The notes beneath the pieces were generated by a model that made no database searches, was not told where the DNA came from, and worked only from the letters and a program-made list of their open reading frames with translations. Both the position numbers and the translations under genes were made by a program. Of a DNA stretch of 55,132 bases, positions 27,207 through 36,036 are shown piece after piece (the first letter of the stretch is position 1; every line of letters begins with the position of its first letter). Source of the DNA: Patescibacteria group bacterium (lineage in GTDB: Bacteria > Patescibacteriota > Minisyncoccia > Phycocordibacterales > SBAW01); the NCBI GenBank assembly GCA_028871115.1, contig JAGWOD010000004.1, positions 1 through 55,132 of the forward strand, in the 5' to 3' direction.

Positions 27207-28034
27207 ATGCGGGCGCATCACTCCCCTCAGACGACACGGGTGCGACATTCCTCCTACATGCATTACCCGCGCACGGAAAGTGCGCGGGTGTGGGAGTTCT
27301 TCATTCTGCCCGCTCTTATCCTTGCAGCGCTTTCAATATTGCTACGCTTTTCGGGTTTCTTCCCCGCGACCTACACCCAGGTATCATTGAGCGACGTCGG
27401 CATCGCCTCCGCATTTACCGTGGGAAGACTCCTCATCGCGTACATATGTGCTGTGATATGTGCCGTGCCGCTAGCACTTCTTGCTACCCACTCAGCGATT
27501 CTCCAGAGATTTCTTCTTCCCCTCTTCGACCTTCTTCAATCAGTCCCTATTCTTGCCTTCTTTCCGGTCGTCATTGTCCTATTTTTGAATATCGGGTCAG
27601 TCAATAGCGCCGCGATATTCATCCTCTTCCTTTCGATGCTTTGGAATATTGTTTTTGCGCTCATCGGAGGCGTCGGCCTCATCCCGCGCGACATTATTTA
27701 CGCAGCCGAGGTATTCGGTATCCGCGGCGTTTCGTATTTCACCCGCGTTATCATCCCTGCAATTGTGCCGCAAATGGTCGTGGGTTCAATTCTCGCTATG
27801 GCACAAGGATGGAACATTATCATCGTCGCTGAAGTTGTCCGGACGTATCTACCCGCAACATCCCCCATACAGAATCTCTTCGGGCTCGGCAGCATGCTGG
27901 TCTACGCTTCTTCCCATGGGCAAGATGGACTTTTTCTTGCAGCGCTTACCGCCTGTGTTTGCATCATAGCAATCATCAATTTCTTCGTGTGGCAGCGGCT
28001 GCTTAAATATGCACAACGATTCAAATTCGAATAG
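27207..28034 (+). CDS. ABC transporter permease (NitT/TauT-like)
   Basis: LQSVPILAFFP, EAA-like loop AAEVFG.RG, IPAI.P, W..IIVAE. Confidence 0.9.
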   Translation: MRAHHSPQTTRVRHSSYMHYPRTESARVWEFFILPALILAALSILLRFSGFFPATYTQVSLSDVGIASAFTVGRLLIAYICAVICAVPLALLATHSAILQRFLLPLFDLLQSVPILAFFPVVIVLFLNIGSVNSAAIFILFLSMLWNIVFALIGGVGLIPRDIIYAAEVFGIRGVSYFTRVIIPAIVPQMVVGSILAMAQGWNIIIVAEVVRTYLPATSPIQNLFGLGSMLVYASSHGQDGLFLAALTACVCIIAIINFFVWQRLLKYAQRFKFE

Positions 28035-28764
28035 CGAACCCGCAGTTGCCTTCGAGGCAGTCGGGAAAACATACGAACCGCTCGGGACAGTAGCGCTCAG
28101 AAATGCGAGCTTCCGCGTCTCCCGCGGAGAATTCGTCTGCATCATAGGACCCTCCGGCGAGGGAAAATCGACCATTCTCAAGATAATTGCAGGACTCGAG
28201 CACGAAAGCTCGGGGAGCGTGAGACGACCACAGCGTGTCTCAATGGCATTTCAGAGCGGAGCTCTCTTCCCATGGCTCACGGTTGAGGAGAACATCGAGC
28301 TTGGGCTGCGCCCTATGCATTTGCCGAATAAAAAGATGACAGAAATTGTCCGTCAACAGGTAGAGCTACTGGAGCTTGGGGGACTTGAGAAAAAGCGTCC
28401 TCCAGAACTCTCCGGGGGACAAGCACAACGGGTGGGTATCGGTCGAGCGCTTGCGATTGATCCGGATGTGCTGCTTCTTGATGAGCCCTTCTCAGCGCTT
28501 GATCCGAAAACGACTGCAGAGCTCCACGACGATCTCATAAAAATCTGGGAGCACACGCATAAAACTATTATCATGGTCTCCCACAATATCGAAGAAGCGG
28601 TATCGCTTGCCGACCGCGTACTCCTTGTGCGGGAGGGGCAGGTGGAAAGAGAATATCCTGTTGCCCTTCCCTATCCGCGACGCGAACAGGGAGAAGCATT
28701 TCTGCACATCGTACAGGAAATACGCAAAGAATTTTTCAAGGATTCAGAAACTCAGCGCGCTTGA
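28009..28764 (+). CDS. ABC transporter ATP-binding protein (NitT/TauT-like)
   Basis: GPSGEGKST, LFPWLTV, LSGGQ, LLLDEPFSALD, VSHNIEEA. Confidence 0.95.
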   Translation: MHNDSNSNSEPAVAFEAVGKTYEPLGTVALRNASFRVSRGEFVCIIGPSGEGKSTILKIIAGLEHESSGSVRRPQRVSMAFQSGALFPWLTVEENIELGLRPMHLPNKKMTEIVRQQVELLELGGLEKKRPPELSGGQAQRVGIGRALAIDPDVLLLDEPFSALDPKTTAELHDDLIKIWEHTHKTIIMVSHNIEEAVSLADRVLLVREGQVEREYPVALPYPRREQGEAFLHIVQEIRKEFFKDSETQRA

Positions 28765-28944
28765 GTACGTCGAGAGGAGCGAATTAACTGCAAACGGCAG
28801 AAACAGAAGTGGCACGACGATGACGACAACACTCACCACAATTGTCCAAAATATATACTTGCGTGTTTTCTCAGCGGATCTATAGGCCGCATCTATTTTC
28901 TGCTCGAGGCGCTCAAGCTCTGCTTTGAGTTCTGGATCAATCAC
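28744..28944 (-). CDS. Small membrane protein
   Basis: 66 aa, short coiled coil plus one TM; TAGAGT-N6-GTG. Confidence 0.8.
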   Translation of the reverse strand: MIDPELKAELERLEQKIDAAYRSAEKTRKYIFWTIVVSVVVIVVPLLFLPFAVNSLLSTYSSALSF

Positions 28945-29010
28945 TGTGGTACTCTACCACGAGGATAGGGCCATTCCCCCTTGTGCAATAAGGATATACA
29001 CACTCTTTAA

Positions 29011-29058
29011 TTGATTCTTAAGGTTTGGAAGTATATTATTCAACTATATGGTTGAATA
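29011..29058 (+). promoter_or_regulatory. Promoter and putative autoregulatory operator of the ArsR-SRPBCC operon
   Basis: TTGATT(29011)-N17-TATTAT(29034); inverted repeat TATTCAAC-N6-GTTGAATA (29037-29058) covering the ATG. Confidence 0.7.
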
Positions 29059-29377
29059 TTCAGAGCGGCTCGATCATATCTTCGCTTCCCTTGCGGATCC
29101 GACCCGCAGAGATATTTTGCGGAGAATCTCAAGAAAAGAACTCTCCGTGGGAGAAATAGCAAAGTCCTATGAGCTTACGTTCGCAGCAGTATCGAAGCAT
29201 CTCCAGGTGCTCGAGCGAGCTAAGCTCGTAAAAAAAGAACGCCGAGGACGCGAGCAGGTCGTGCGCGTCTCTTTGCGGGCGCTTGGCGAGGCCGATCGAT
29301 ACCTTGAGCGCTATCGAGTGCTCTGGGAGGAGCGGCTTGATCGCCTGGAGGAATATTTATCTAAAGAAAATAAATAA
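29048..29377 (+). CDS. ArsR/SmtB family transcriptional regulator
   Basis: F.SLADPTRRDIL, AVSKHLQVLE.A.LV...RRGR, WEERLDRL. Confidence 0.95.
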   Translation: MVEYSERLDHIFASLADPTRRDILRRISRKELSVGEIAKSYELTFAAVSKHLQVLERAKLVKKERRGREQVVRVSLRALGEADRYLERYRVLWEERLDRLEEYLSKENK

Positions 29378-29378
29378 T

Positions 29379-29873
29379 ATGGCTACTGAAATAAAAAAAG
29401 GAGGTGCAGCTCGTGAAGTGACTATTACCCGAGTGATGGATGCTCCTATAGAGAAGGTGTGGCGTGCGTGGACAGATCCAAAAGAAATCTCAAAATGGTG
29501 GGGGCCTCGAGGAGTAAGTAACCCGGTCTGCGAGATTGATTTGCGGGTAGGTGGATCGGTCTATATCGTGATGCTTGCTGGCAAGGAACTTGGTCCCCTT
29601 GCAGGAGAGCGCTGGCCAATGCGCGGGACCTTCCGCGAGATCGACTCCCCCCATCGGCTGGTCTTCGCTAATAACGCGGTTGATGAAGCGGGAAACATAC
29701 TTATCGAAGGTGAGACAACTCTTGTTCTGAAGGAGGAGGGTAAAAAGACCAGGCTCACGCTCACTACCCGAGCTCAAGGACGTGCGCCACAAGCCCCACA
29801 GATGCTTGATGGAATGAAAGCAGGATGGACACAAAGCATCGACAAGCTTGAAGAACTTCTGGGAGGTCGATGA
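29379..29873 (+). CDS. SRPBCC (AHSA1/START-like) domain protein
   Basis: TRV.DAP.EKVWRAWTDP...KWWGP, DLRVGG, GW.QS.DKL; start ATG 29379. Confidence 0.93.
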   Translation: MATEIKKGGAAREVTITRVMDAPIEKVWRAWTDPKEISKWWGPRGVSNPVCEIDLRVGGSVYIVMLAGKELGPLAGERWPMRGTFREIDSPHRLVFANNAVDEAGNILIEGETTLVLKEEGKKTRLTLTTRAQGRAPQAPQMLDGMKAGWTQSIDKLEELLGGR

Positions 29874-29913
29874 AAGAAATTAGTATTGGCATGTATCAAT
29901 ATAAAAATTTTCT

Positions 29914-30261
29914 ATGAAAAAATATTTCGTAGTGTACCGGGTGCCCACCGCATCCATGGATAATTGGATGAAAACTACTGATCCAAAAACCCGAAAAGAA
30001 CAAATGGACAAATTGATGAGCGATATGGCGCAGTGGACCAAGAAGCATAGTGCAAGTCTTACCGAGCAAGGTGCGCCGCTTGGCAAAACCAAGAGTGTAA
30101 CTTCAAACGGCATTACTGATACTCGAAACGACCTCAACTATTACACAATCGTTGAAGCCTCTTCTCACGAAGAAGCGGCGAAGCTTTTTGCGGACAATCC
30201 GCATCTACAGATTCCGACATCATCGATTGATGTCATGGACATACCTCATATGGGTATGTAG
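29914..30261 (+). CDS. YCII-related domain protein
   Basis: G.PLGK...V, YTIVEA.S.EEA.KLF..NPH. Confidence 0.75.
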   Translation: MKKYFVVYRVPTASMDNWMKTTDPKTRKEQMDKLMSDMAQWTKKHSASLTEQGAPLGKTKSVTSNGITDTRNDLNYYTIVEASSHEEAAKLFADNPHLQIPTSSIDVMDIPHMGM

Positions 30262-30322
30262 AGAGATTCCCCCTTTGAATCCCAAACACAAAGTAAGAGC
30301 GGAGAAAAAACTAAGCTTGATT

Positions 30323-31123
30323 TTAGTTTTTCAGAGTTGAGCGATCAACGTCTATTCGCGTCAGTGCAAGATACCAAACGAAACCGACCAAAAGAATAGT
30401 AAGTATGAGGCTTACTATGCCGTCGCCCCAGCCAAGGCCTCCAACGGCCCGCGACTTACCAAACCAGTCGGCAAAGGAAGCGCCCAAGGGGCGTGTGAGG
30501 ATATAAGTGAACCAGAATGTGAGCACACTGTTGCGTGCTTGGTGCTGATGATGCTCCGAGAGCCATCCTTTGACTGCGTAATGTAGGATGGCGACGAGTG
30601 CGATGAGCGCAGCAAACAGGAGCCCTGAAGAAAGAAAGCCGAGATTAAGAGTGAACGCGGTCATGTCGCCTGCCGCGGTACCAAGCGCAAAGGTTGCCAT
30701 GACTGTGAGCCAATAAAACATCTCACGCCGCGGGGTCGTGATGCTGTGGATAGAAAGGGTCCTCTCAAGCGAGTACCAGAGGATAAAAATAATGACAAGC
30801 ACAATGGCGAAAAAGATGGTCGTGTAGAGATAGGGTATGCCAATGACGATATGTAAAATATCTGCACCCATGGTGCCGAAGACCGCAACCATAGTGACGG
30901 CAAGCCAATAGATCCATGCATTGTACCTCTGGCACCTAAATTGCAGCAGAAGTGCCAGCGCGAATGCAAGTGCTCCAATACCTACCGCGACGTAGGGGTT
31001 GATGGAGTATACGAGGAAATCCGACGTGCTCTCACCAAGAGCGGTCGTAATCACTTTCACTATCCAAAAGAAGACAGTGATCTGTGGAACTTTTCGCAAT
31101 GCGTATACCATGAGCCAGCGCAA
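30323..31123 (-). CDS. DUF347 repeat membrane protein
   Basis: KVP.IT..FW..K..TT.LGE, E.FYW....TFALGTA.GD, FW..YILTRPLGAS.AD; start TTG 31123 or ATG 31111. Confidence 0.9.
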   Translation of the reverse strand: MRWLMVYALRKVPQITVFFWIVKVITTALGESTSDFLVYSINPYVAVGIGALAFALALLLQFRCQRYNAWIYWLAVTMVAVFGTMGADILHIVIGIPYLYTTIFFAIVLVIIFILWYSLERTLSIHSITTPRREMFYWLTVMATFALGTAAGDMTAFTLNLGFLSSGLLFAALIALVAILHYAVKGWLSEHHQHQARNSVLTFWFTYILTRPLGASFADWFGKSRAVGGLGWGDGIVSLILTILLVGFVWYLALTRIDVDRSTLKN

Positions 31124-31127
31124 ACAA

Positions 31128-31802
31128 TTAAAAAATCCAAGGTATCAGATGAAAACGCACTTTATTACAGTACTCCTTGTAGCCGGGCAGGTTTTGCCTG
31201 AGGAACTTTTCTTCGTCAAAAAGTCGAATGACAAACCCGAGGGTTATGAGAGCGGCGGGTATGAGTCCCCACCAGGAACTGAGTGCCAAGGATATTCCAA
31301 CAAAGTACACCGAGGCGCTTGAATACATTGGATTGCGTACGATCGCATAGGGACCGGTGGAAATCACCTTTTGATCCTTCTGGAGTTCAACTGTCGCGGA
31401 ACCAAACGAGTTTTCTTTGAAGACCCTGTACACCATCCACATGCTTAGAAGTATCAACAGGTCGCCGACGACGATAATGGAGAGCGGTACGTTCGACCAG
31501 TCGAAGCGATGATCGAGTCCGGGAACAATAAAAACCGCGATCCACGCAGGCATCAAAGCAAACACGATGATTTTTTGGATGAGTCGCCCCTCGGGCGCAT
31601 ATCCTGCCTTGGACCTTCCCTCAAGCAATACCGGGTCTTTGGTTATATACAGCGCGAGAGGAATGCTCGTCACAAAGCCAACTGCGAGATAGACCCAGGC
31701 TTGCCAATAATTCAATGTTCCGGCTGAAAGAAGGAGTAGGAACACAATGATGAGAAAGCCGAAGAGAAAGCTGGACCACAATTTTGCCTTTGGATTCTTC
31801 AT
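31128..31802 (-). CDS. Isoprenylcysteine carboxylmethyltransferase / PEMT family membrane protein
   Basis: ENSF, QKVISTGPYAIVRNPMY, EE.FL...L.GY.EY. Confidence 0.9.
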   Translation of the reverse strand: MKNPKAKLWSSFLFGFLIIVFLLLLSAGTLNYWQAWVYLAVGFVTSIPLALYITKDPVLLEGRSKAGYAPEGRLIQKIIVFALMPAWIAVFIVPGLDHRFDWSNVPLSIIVVGDLLILLSMWMVYRVFKENSFGSATVELQKDQKVISTGPYAIVRNPMYSSASVYFVGISLALSSWWGLIPAALITLGFVIRLFDEEKFLRQNLPGYKEYCNKVRFHLIPWIF

Positions 31803-31859
31803 ATAATACTGAAAACTCTGGGCCGAGGGGGTGCGGCTAATCGAACCGGCGATCGTCCG

Positions 31860-32006
31860 TTATTTCTTCCTTCGCGCAACATCAATTGCAACGCCAATTG
31901 CAACGCCAATTGCGATACCGACTCCAACATTATGCATTCCCACACCCAGCGCAACGCCAATGGCGATGCCAAGAGCAATCCCAGAACCGGGCGGGAACTT
32001 TTTCAT
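31860..32006 (-). CDS. Small glycine-zipper membrane peptide, 48 aa (not in the ORF track)
   Basis: MKKFPPGSGIALGIAIGVALGVGMHNVGVGIAIGVAIGVAIDVARRKK; TACAAT-N7-ATG. Confidence 0.75.
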   Translation of the reverse strand: MKKFPPGSGIALGIAIGVALGVGMHNVGVGIAIGVAIGVAIDVARRKK

Positions 32007-32042
32007 CAACATCATTGTAGCAAACTAGACTCAAAAATTTTG

Positions 32043-32115
32043 GGCGACCGCCGGGAATTGAACCCGGATCAGCAGGACCACAATCTGCGGTGTTAACCGT
32101 TACACCACGGTCGCC
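32043..32115 (-). tRNA. tRNA-His(GTG) with encoded G-1
   Basis: Acceptor GGCGACCG/CGGTCGCC, anticodon loop TT-GTG-GT, T-loop GGTTCAATTCC. Confidence 0.93.
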
Positions 32116-32224
32116 ATGAACACCACTATATACCACTTCCCCGCTAGGGATGGAAGAAAAAGGCTACCCCCATGTCCGAAAACAACGAAAGGCCCGGGGA
32201 AAGTATTTCCAAAGTATTTTTCTG

Positions 32225-32306
32225 TGCCCAGGAGAGGACTCGAACCTCCAAGCCTTGCGGCATATGCACCTCAAGCATACGCGTATACCAATTCCGCCAC
32301 CTGGGC
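32225..32306 (-). tRNA. tRNA-Leu(GAG)
   Basis: GCCCAGG/CCTGGGC, anticodon arm TATGC-TTGAGGT-GCATA, long variable arm, GGTTCGAGTCC. Confidence 0.96.
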
Positions 32307-32334
32307 ATTTCTGCGAACCTCTACAACTTACAAT

Positions 32335-32365
32335 AAAAAAGGAGGCCCGCAAAGCGCAGGCCTCC
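32335..32365 (-). terminator. Terminator after rplS
   Basis: GGAGGCC...GGCCTCC followed by TTTTTT on the minus strand. Confidence 0.75.
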
Positions 32366-32389
32366 AGAAAATTTCTTTATCAGCACTTA

Positions 32390-32869
32390 CTAAACCGAGG
32401 CCGCTTCGGTAGTTTCAGAAGGAGTGGTGACCTCTTCAGAGACTGGGGTTGCCTCAGGTGAGACAAAGCGCGTGCGGCGCATAGCGCGCTTCACATCGCG
32501 AGCCGCCTTGCGACGAATGAAGTAGAGCTTTGCTCGACGCATTTGTGCGCGCTTCAGGACTTCAATTTTGTCGATCATTGGCGAGTAGAGAGGGAACGTT
32601 TTCTCAACTCCTACCCCGCTCGTGACACGGCGCACCGTGAAGGTCGCCCCCGACTCACTGCCATGTTTTACGGCAAGCACCAATCCCTCAAACGCCTGTC
32701 GGCGGACGCTTTTAGTCGTCACCTCTTTCTTATTGGCCTGTTTCTGCTGTTTGACCTCCTCTATTTTCTGCCAGACACGCACGGTATCACCCGCGCGAAG
32801 CCCGAGCGTTGTGCGCTCGTTCATATTTACAGAAGAAATCTTGATACCGCTTTTCTGGCTCATCTGCAT
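32390..32869 (-). CDS. rplS: 50S ribosomal protein L19
   Basis: GDTVRV..KI.E, R.Q.FEG.V, TFTVRR...GVGVEKTFPLYSP, RRAKLYF; start ATG 32869 after TACACT-N7. Confidence 0.96.
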   Translation of the reverse strand: MQMSQKSGIKISSVNMNERTTLGLRAGDTVRVWQKIEEVKQQKQANKKEVTTKSVRRQAFEGLVLAVKHGSESGATFTVRRVTSGVGVEKTFPLYSPMIDKIEVLKRAQMRRAKLYFIRRKAARDVKRAMRRTRFVSPEATPVSEEVTTPSETTEAASV

Positions 32870-32905
32870 TTGGGCGAGTGTAGCACAGGGACACCTCCCC
32901 CGCAA

Positions 32906-33652
32906 TTATTCTGCTTCTTCCCGAAGAAGTTTCTCCGCATGGAGAAAATCATATGGAAGTGGCGCCTCAAAGGTGACTTGCTTGCCACTCTCGGGATGCA
33001 CGAAGGAAAGAGAGAGCGCGTGTAGCGCCAAGCGGGAAAAATTGAGAACCGCCGGACGGTTCGGAGCGTAGAGCTCATCGCAGATAACGGGGTTTCCTAT
33101 CGAGGCGAGGTGGACTCGTATTTGGTGCGTGCGGCCTGTTTTGGGAAATACCTCGAGATAGGAGGAGGGCTCAGAGGCACCGGGAGCGCTATGGAGAATC
33201 GTACGAAATAGTGTAAGCGCCTCGCGAAGCATGCCATGGGGGCGCGAAACGCTGCGACGCGACCCTGATCCGCGAGCGCGTCCTATAGGGCGTTCAATAG
33301 ATCCTCGCTCTTCTTTGAGCGCCCCGTATACAAATGCGCGGTAGGTCTTGTGCACCTCTCGGCGCTGAAACTGTTTTTTGAGACGGACAAATGCTTGCTG
33401 CGTGCGGGCTAGGAGAAGAATCCCCGATGTTTCCCGATCAATGCGGTGCACAATGCCGGGTCGAGGTACCGTCACACCCCCCAGACGCTGCGGTTCGCCA
33501 ACCTCAGCAAGCTCGGGGAAACGGATAATAAGCCAGTCAGCGAGGGTAGGCTCTTCTTTCCCTACCGCCTTGTGGACGGGTAGTCCGGAGGGTTTATCAA
33601 TAAGAATGATGGCGTCATCTTCGTATAAGACTGTCGGCTGAGTGATATCCAT
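32906..33652 (-). CDS. RluA/RluD family pseudouridine synthase
   Basis: IDKPSGLPVH, RPGIVHRIDRETSG, KTGRTHQIRVH, LHA. Confidence 0.95.
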   Translation of the reverse strand: MDITQPTVLYEDDAIILIDKPSGLPVHKAVGKEEPTLADWLIIRFPELAEVGEPQRLGGVTVPRPGIVHRIDRETSGILLLARTQQAFVRLKKQFQRREVHKTYRAFVYGALKEERGSIERPIGRARGSGSRRSVSRPHGMLREALTLFRTILHSAPGASEPSSYLEVFPKTGRTHQIRVHLASIGNPVICDELYAPNRPAVLNFSRLALHALSLSFVHPESGKQVTFEAPLPYDFLHAEKLLREEAE

Positions 33653-33653
33653 A

Positions 33654-34946
33654 CTAGAGAGGAGCGCCCGCGATCTGCATCAAAAGGACAATATTGAGTC
33701 CGAGCACCGCAGCACCCGCGAGACCTGCGAAAGTATTGATGATAGGTCCGTTGGCAAATACCCCCATGACCGCGCGGCGGGAAGTAAGAATAAGAAGCGA
33801 AACAATAGGTATAGGCAGAACAAGGCTCAGTACCACCTGGCTTATGATAAGCGCCTGTGTGGCATTCACCCCCATAAGAACTACCACAAACGCAGGGATA
33901 ATCATGACGAGGCGCCGCACCCACAGCGGTATGGAGAAGTGGGTAAAATCTTGCATGATGGTCTGCCCCGCCATAGTGCCCACCACTGAACTTGAGAGAC
34001 CGGAGGCAAGAAGCGAGAGAAGGAAAATACCCGCCGCCCCAACACCCATGAGCGGCATGAGCGTCTGGTAGGCGCTTCCAATATCGGCAACATTTTGGTG
34101 GCCACTGAAATAGAAAACAGCGGCCGACATCGCGAGCATAGCCATATTCACTAGCCCTGCGACCCCGAGCGCTGCAAGCACTTCACCATTTGAATACCAC
34201 AATACCCGCCGACGCTCGGCGTCAGAGCGCGTTGGAATACGATTACGAGCAAGACTCGAGTGAAGATATATCGCATGGGGCATAACAGTCGCACCGATGA
34301 TGCTCACCGCAAGGAGGAGACTTCCCTCTCCGGGGAGCTGTGGGGCAACAGAATGGAACAGGAACGATCCCCAATCAGGACGGCTGAGTAGTATTTCGGC
34401 AAGGTAACTGAGGCTGATGATTGACACAAATGCGCCGATCACAATCTCCATGGGCCTAAATCCATATCCTTGAAGATGCAAAATGCCGTAGGTGATAAGT
34501 GCAACGATCGCGAGAGCCCATAGAAGCGGCAACCCAAAGAGGATGGAGAGTCCGACGGCCCCGCCCACGGTTTCTGCAAGATCGGTCGCCATGGCTGCTA
34601 TCTCGCTCGCCGCCCAGATGCAATAGACAAGCGGCCGGGGAAACCGATTCCGTATTTCCTCTGCGAGAGAGCGCCCCGTCACAATCCCGAGTTTTGCGGA
34701 AAGTGCCTGAAAGAGCATGGCAATGACGTTAGCGAGAAGCACCACCCACAACAGCGCGTAGCCGTAGTGCGCCCCGGATTGAATGTTGGTGGCAAAATTG
34801 CCCGGATCCATGTAGGCAATCGAAGCAATAATGGCAGGGCCAAGAAACGGGAGCCACCCTCTCAGTCCCCCCACTCTTCCTTCAAGGACCGCCTGTCCTG
34901 CAGTGGCGGTGCGCTCAGACCATTGTTGTATGGAATGTTTGTTCAT
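33654..34946 (-). CDS. mntH: Nramp family divalent metal (Mn2+) transporter
   Basis: AYMDPGNFATN, GATVMPHAIYLHS, GTMAGQ, SQVVLS; GAGGAG SD. Confidence 0.96.
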   Translation of the reverse strand: MNKHSIQQWSERTATAGQAVLEGRVGGLRGWLPFLGPAIIASIAYMDPGNFATNIQSGAHYGYALLWVVLLANVIAMLFQALSAKLGIVTGRSLAEEIRNRFPRPLVYCIWAASEIAAMATDLAETVGGAVGLSILFGLPLLWALAIVALITYGILHLQGYGFRPMEIVIGAFVSIISLSYLAEILLSRPDWGSFLFHSVAPQLPGEGSLLLAVSIIGATVMPHAIYLHSSLARNRIPTRSDAERRRVLWYSNGEVLAALGVAGLVNMAMLAMSAAVFYFSGHQNVADIGSAYQTLMPLMGVGAAGIFLLSLLASGLSSSVVGTMAGQTIMQDFTHFSIPLWVRRLVMIIPAFVVVLMGVNATQALIISQVVLSLVLPIPIVSLLILTSRRAVMGVFANGPIINTFAGLAGAAVLGLNIVLLMQIAGAPL

Positions 34947-34957
34947 ACGCTCCTCTC

Positions 34958-35033
34958 TGGTGCGCGCTGCAGGACTCGAACCTGCGACCTACCCGGTGTA
35001 AACGGGTTGCTCTACCAACTGAGCTAAGCGCGC
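34958..35033 (-). tRNA. tRNA-Val(TAC), CCA encoded
   Basis: GCGCGCT/AGCGCGC-ACCA, anticodon arm ACCCG-TTTACAC-CGGGT. Confidence 0.96.
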
Positions 35034-35034
35034 G

Positions 35035-35106
35035 CGCCCCTGCCAGGATTCGAACCCAGATCAACGCCTTAGAAGAGCGCTGCTCTATCCATTGAGCTAC
35101 AGGGGC
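35035..35106 (-). tRNA. tRNA-Arg(TCT)
   Basis: GCCCCTG/CAGGGGC, anticodon loop CT-TCT-AA, GGTTCGAATCC. Confidence 0.94.
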
Positions 35107-35149
35107 ACTTCCACGCTACACCAAAACGCGAGGGATAAAAAGCGAAGCG

Positions 35150-35488
35150 CTACTGTGCAGGGTCGAGTGCAGCAGGAGCGTGCGCGAGAAGCGCTTGATA
35201 TTGCGCGGCCTGCGATTGATAGGTAGTGAGTACCCCCGAGAGCTGCGAGGCGCTGGGGCCGGGAGAAAGGGTCCCTACAGATCCCTGCTCTCCCCCTGAG
35301 GCGGTTTCTTCAACCGAAAGATACGCAACTGCCGAGAGCCCGGCAAACACAAGAAGAAGAATGAGAAATGTGACAAAGATCACGTGCCAGTCTCGATGCG
35401 GTTCTGCAATGGGGCCGTGACAAGTATCACGCGGCCGGCTCCGGTGGGTACCGATAAACTGGGTCATGGTTTGAAGAACGTCTTTCAT
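35150..35488 (-). CDS. Single-TM protein ending the pilM operon
   Basis: P.RDW followed by a TM; ATGA overlap with the upstream gene. Confidence 0.7.
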   Translation of the reverse strand: MKDVLQTMTQFIGTHRSRPRDTCHGPIAEPHRDWHVIFVTFLILLLVFAGLSAVAYLSVEETASGGEQGSVGTLSPGPSASQLSGVLTTYQSQAAQYQALLAHAPAALDPAQ

Positions 35489-36033
35489 GGTGTGTCGAAG
35501 GAGAGCACGGAGAAGGAAAGGGTGCCGTTCCATGTTTTGGCCGTCGGATCATACTGGAGCGAGAGCGCTGATATTGAAGAACTTACCGGTTGCGTCTCAA
35601 GAAGTCCGATGAAGCGCATAATTTGTGTATAGCTCCCAGAGAAAGCGATGGTGAGTGAGAGCGAGCCTGGAGTCGCACTCTTGGACGGGGTAGCACTCAC
35701 CGCAGTAATTTCGCTTTGAGTTCCCGAAAGTACCCCGAGGTGCTCCACTTCCGCGATAAAGGCCGCGCCTTGCCCTGACGGTATGGGAAGTGTGGCAAGG
35801 GTTTGGCGCTGTGAGCGAGTTTGCTCGGCAAGCGTGTTGGCGTTTTGAAGTGCCTCCTCCTGTCCAATGGTACCGGAGAGTGTACTCGCTGCTTCCCCTG
35901 CGGCGCCCTCTGCAGAAAGTACCTGATACCCAACGATACAGAAGAACGCAAGCGCGAGAAGAGCGACGATGCTTGCGAATACGAGGTGCGCCATAGCGCT
36001 TTGTCTGCCGAAAGTGTTGTGGGAGGGATGCAT
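35485..36033 (-). CDS. PilO-like type IV pilus assembly protein
   Basis: N-terminal TM, coiled coil, GSY..IM.FI..LE..P; third gene of the pilM operon. Confidence 0.75.
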   Translation of the reverse strand: MHPSHNTFGRQSAMAHLVFASIVALLALAFFCIVGYQVLSAEGAAGEAASTLSGTIGQEEALQNANTLAEQTRSQRQTLATLPIPSGQGAAFIAEVEHLGVLSGTQSEITAVSATPSKSATPGSLSLTIAFSGSYTQIMRFIGLLETQPVSSSISALSLQYDPTAKTWNGTLSFSVLSFDTP

Positions 36034-36036
36034 AGG

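Noticed and set aside
31819..31855. tRNA-3'-like fragment (GGTTCGATT...CCCA on the minus strand) as an att remnant of tRNA-His
   Set aside because: The T-stem does not pair and similarity to tRNA-His is too weak
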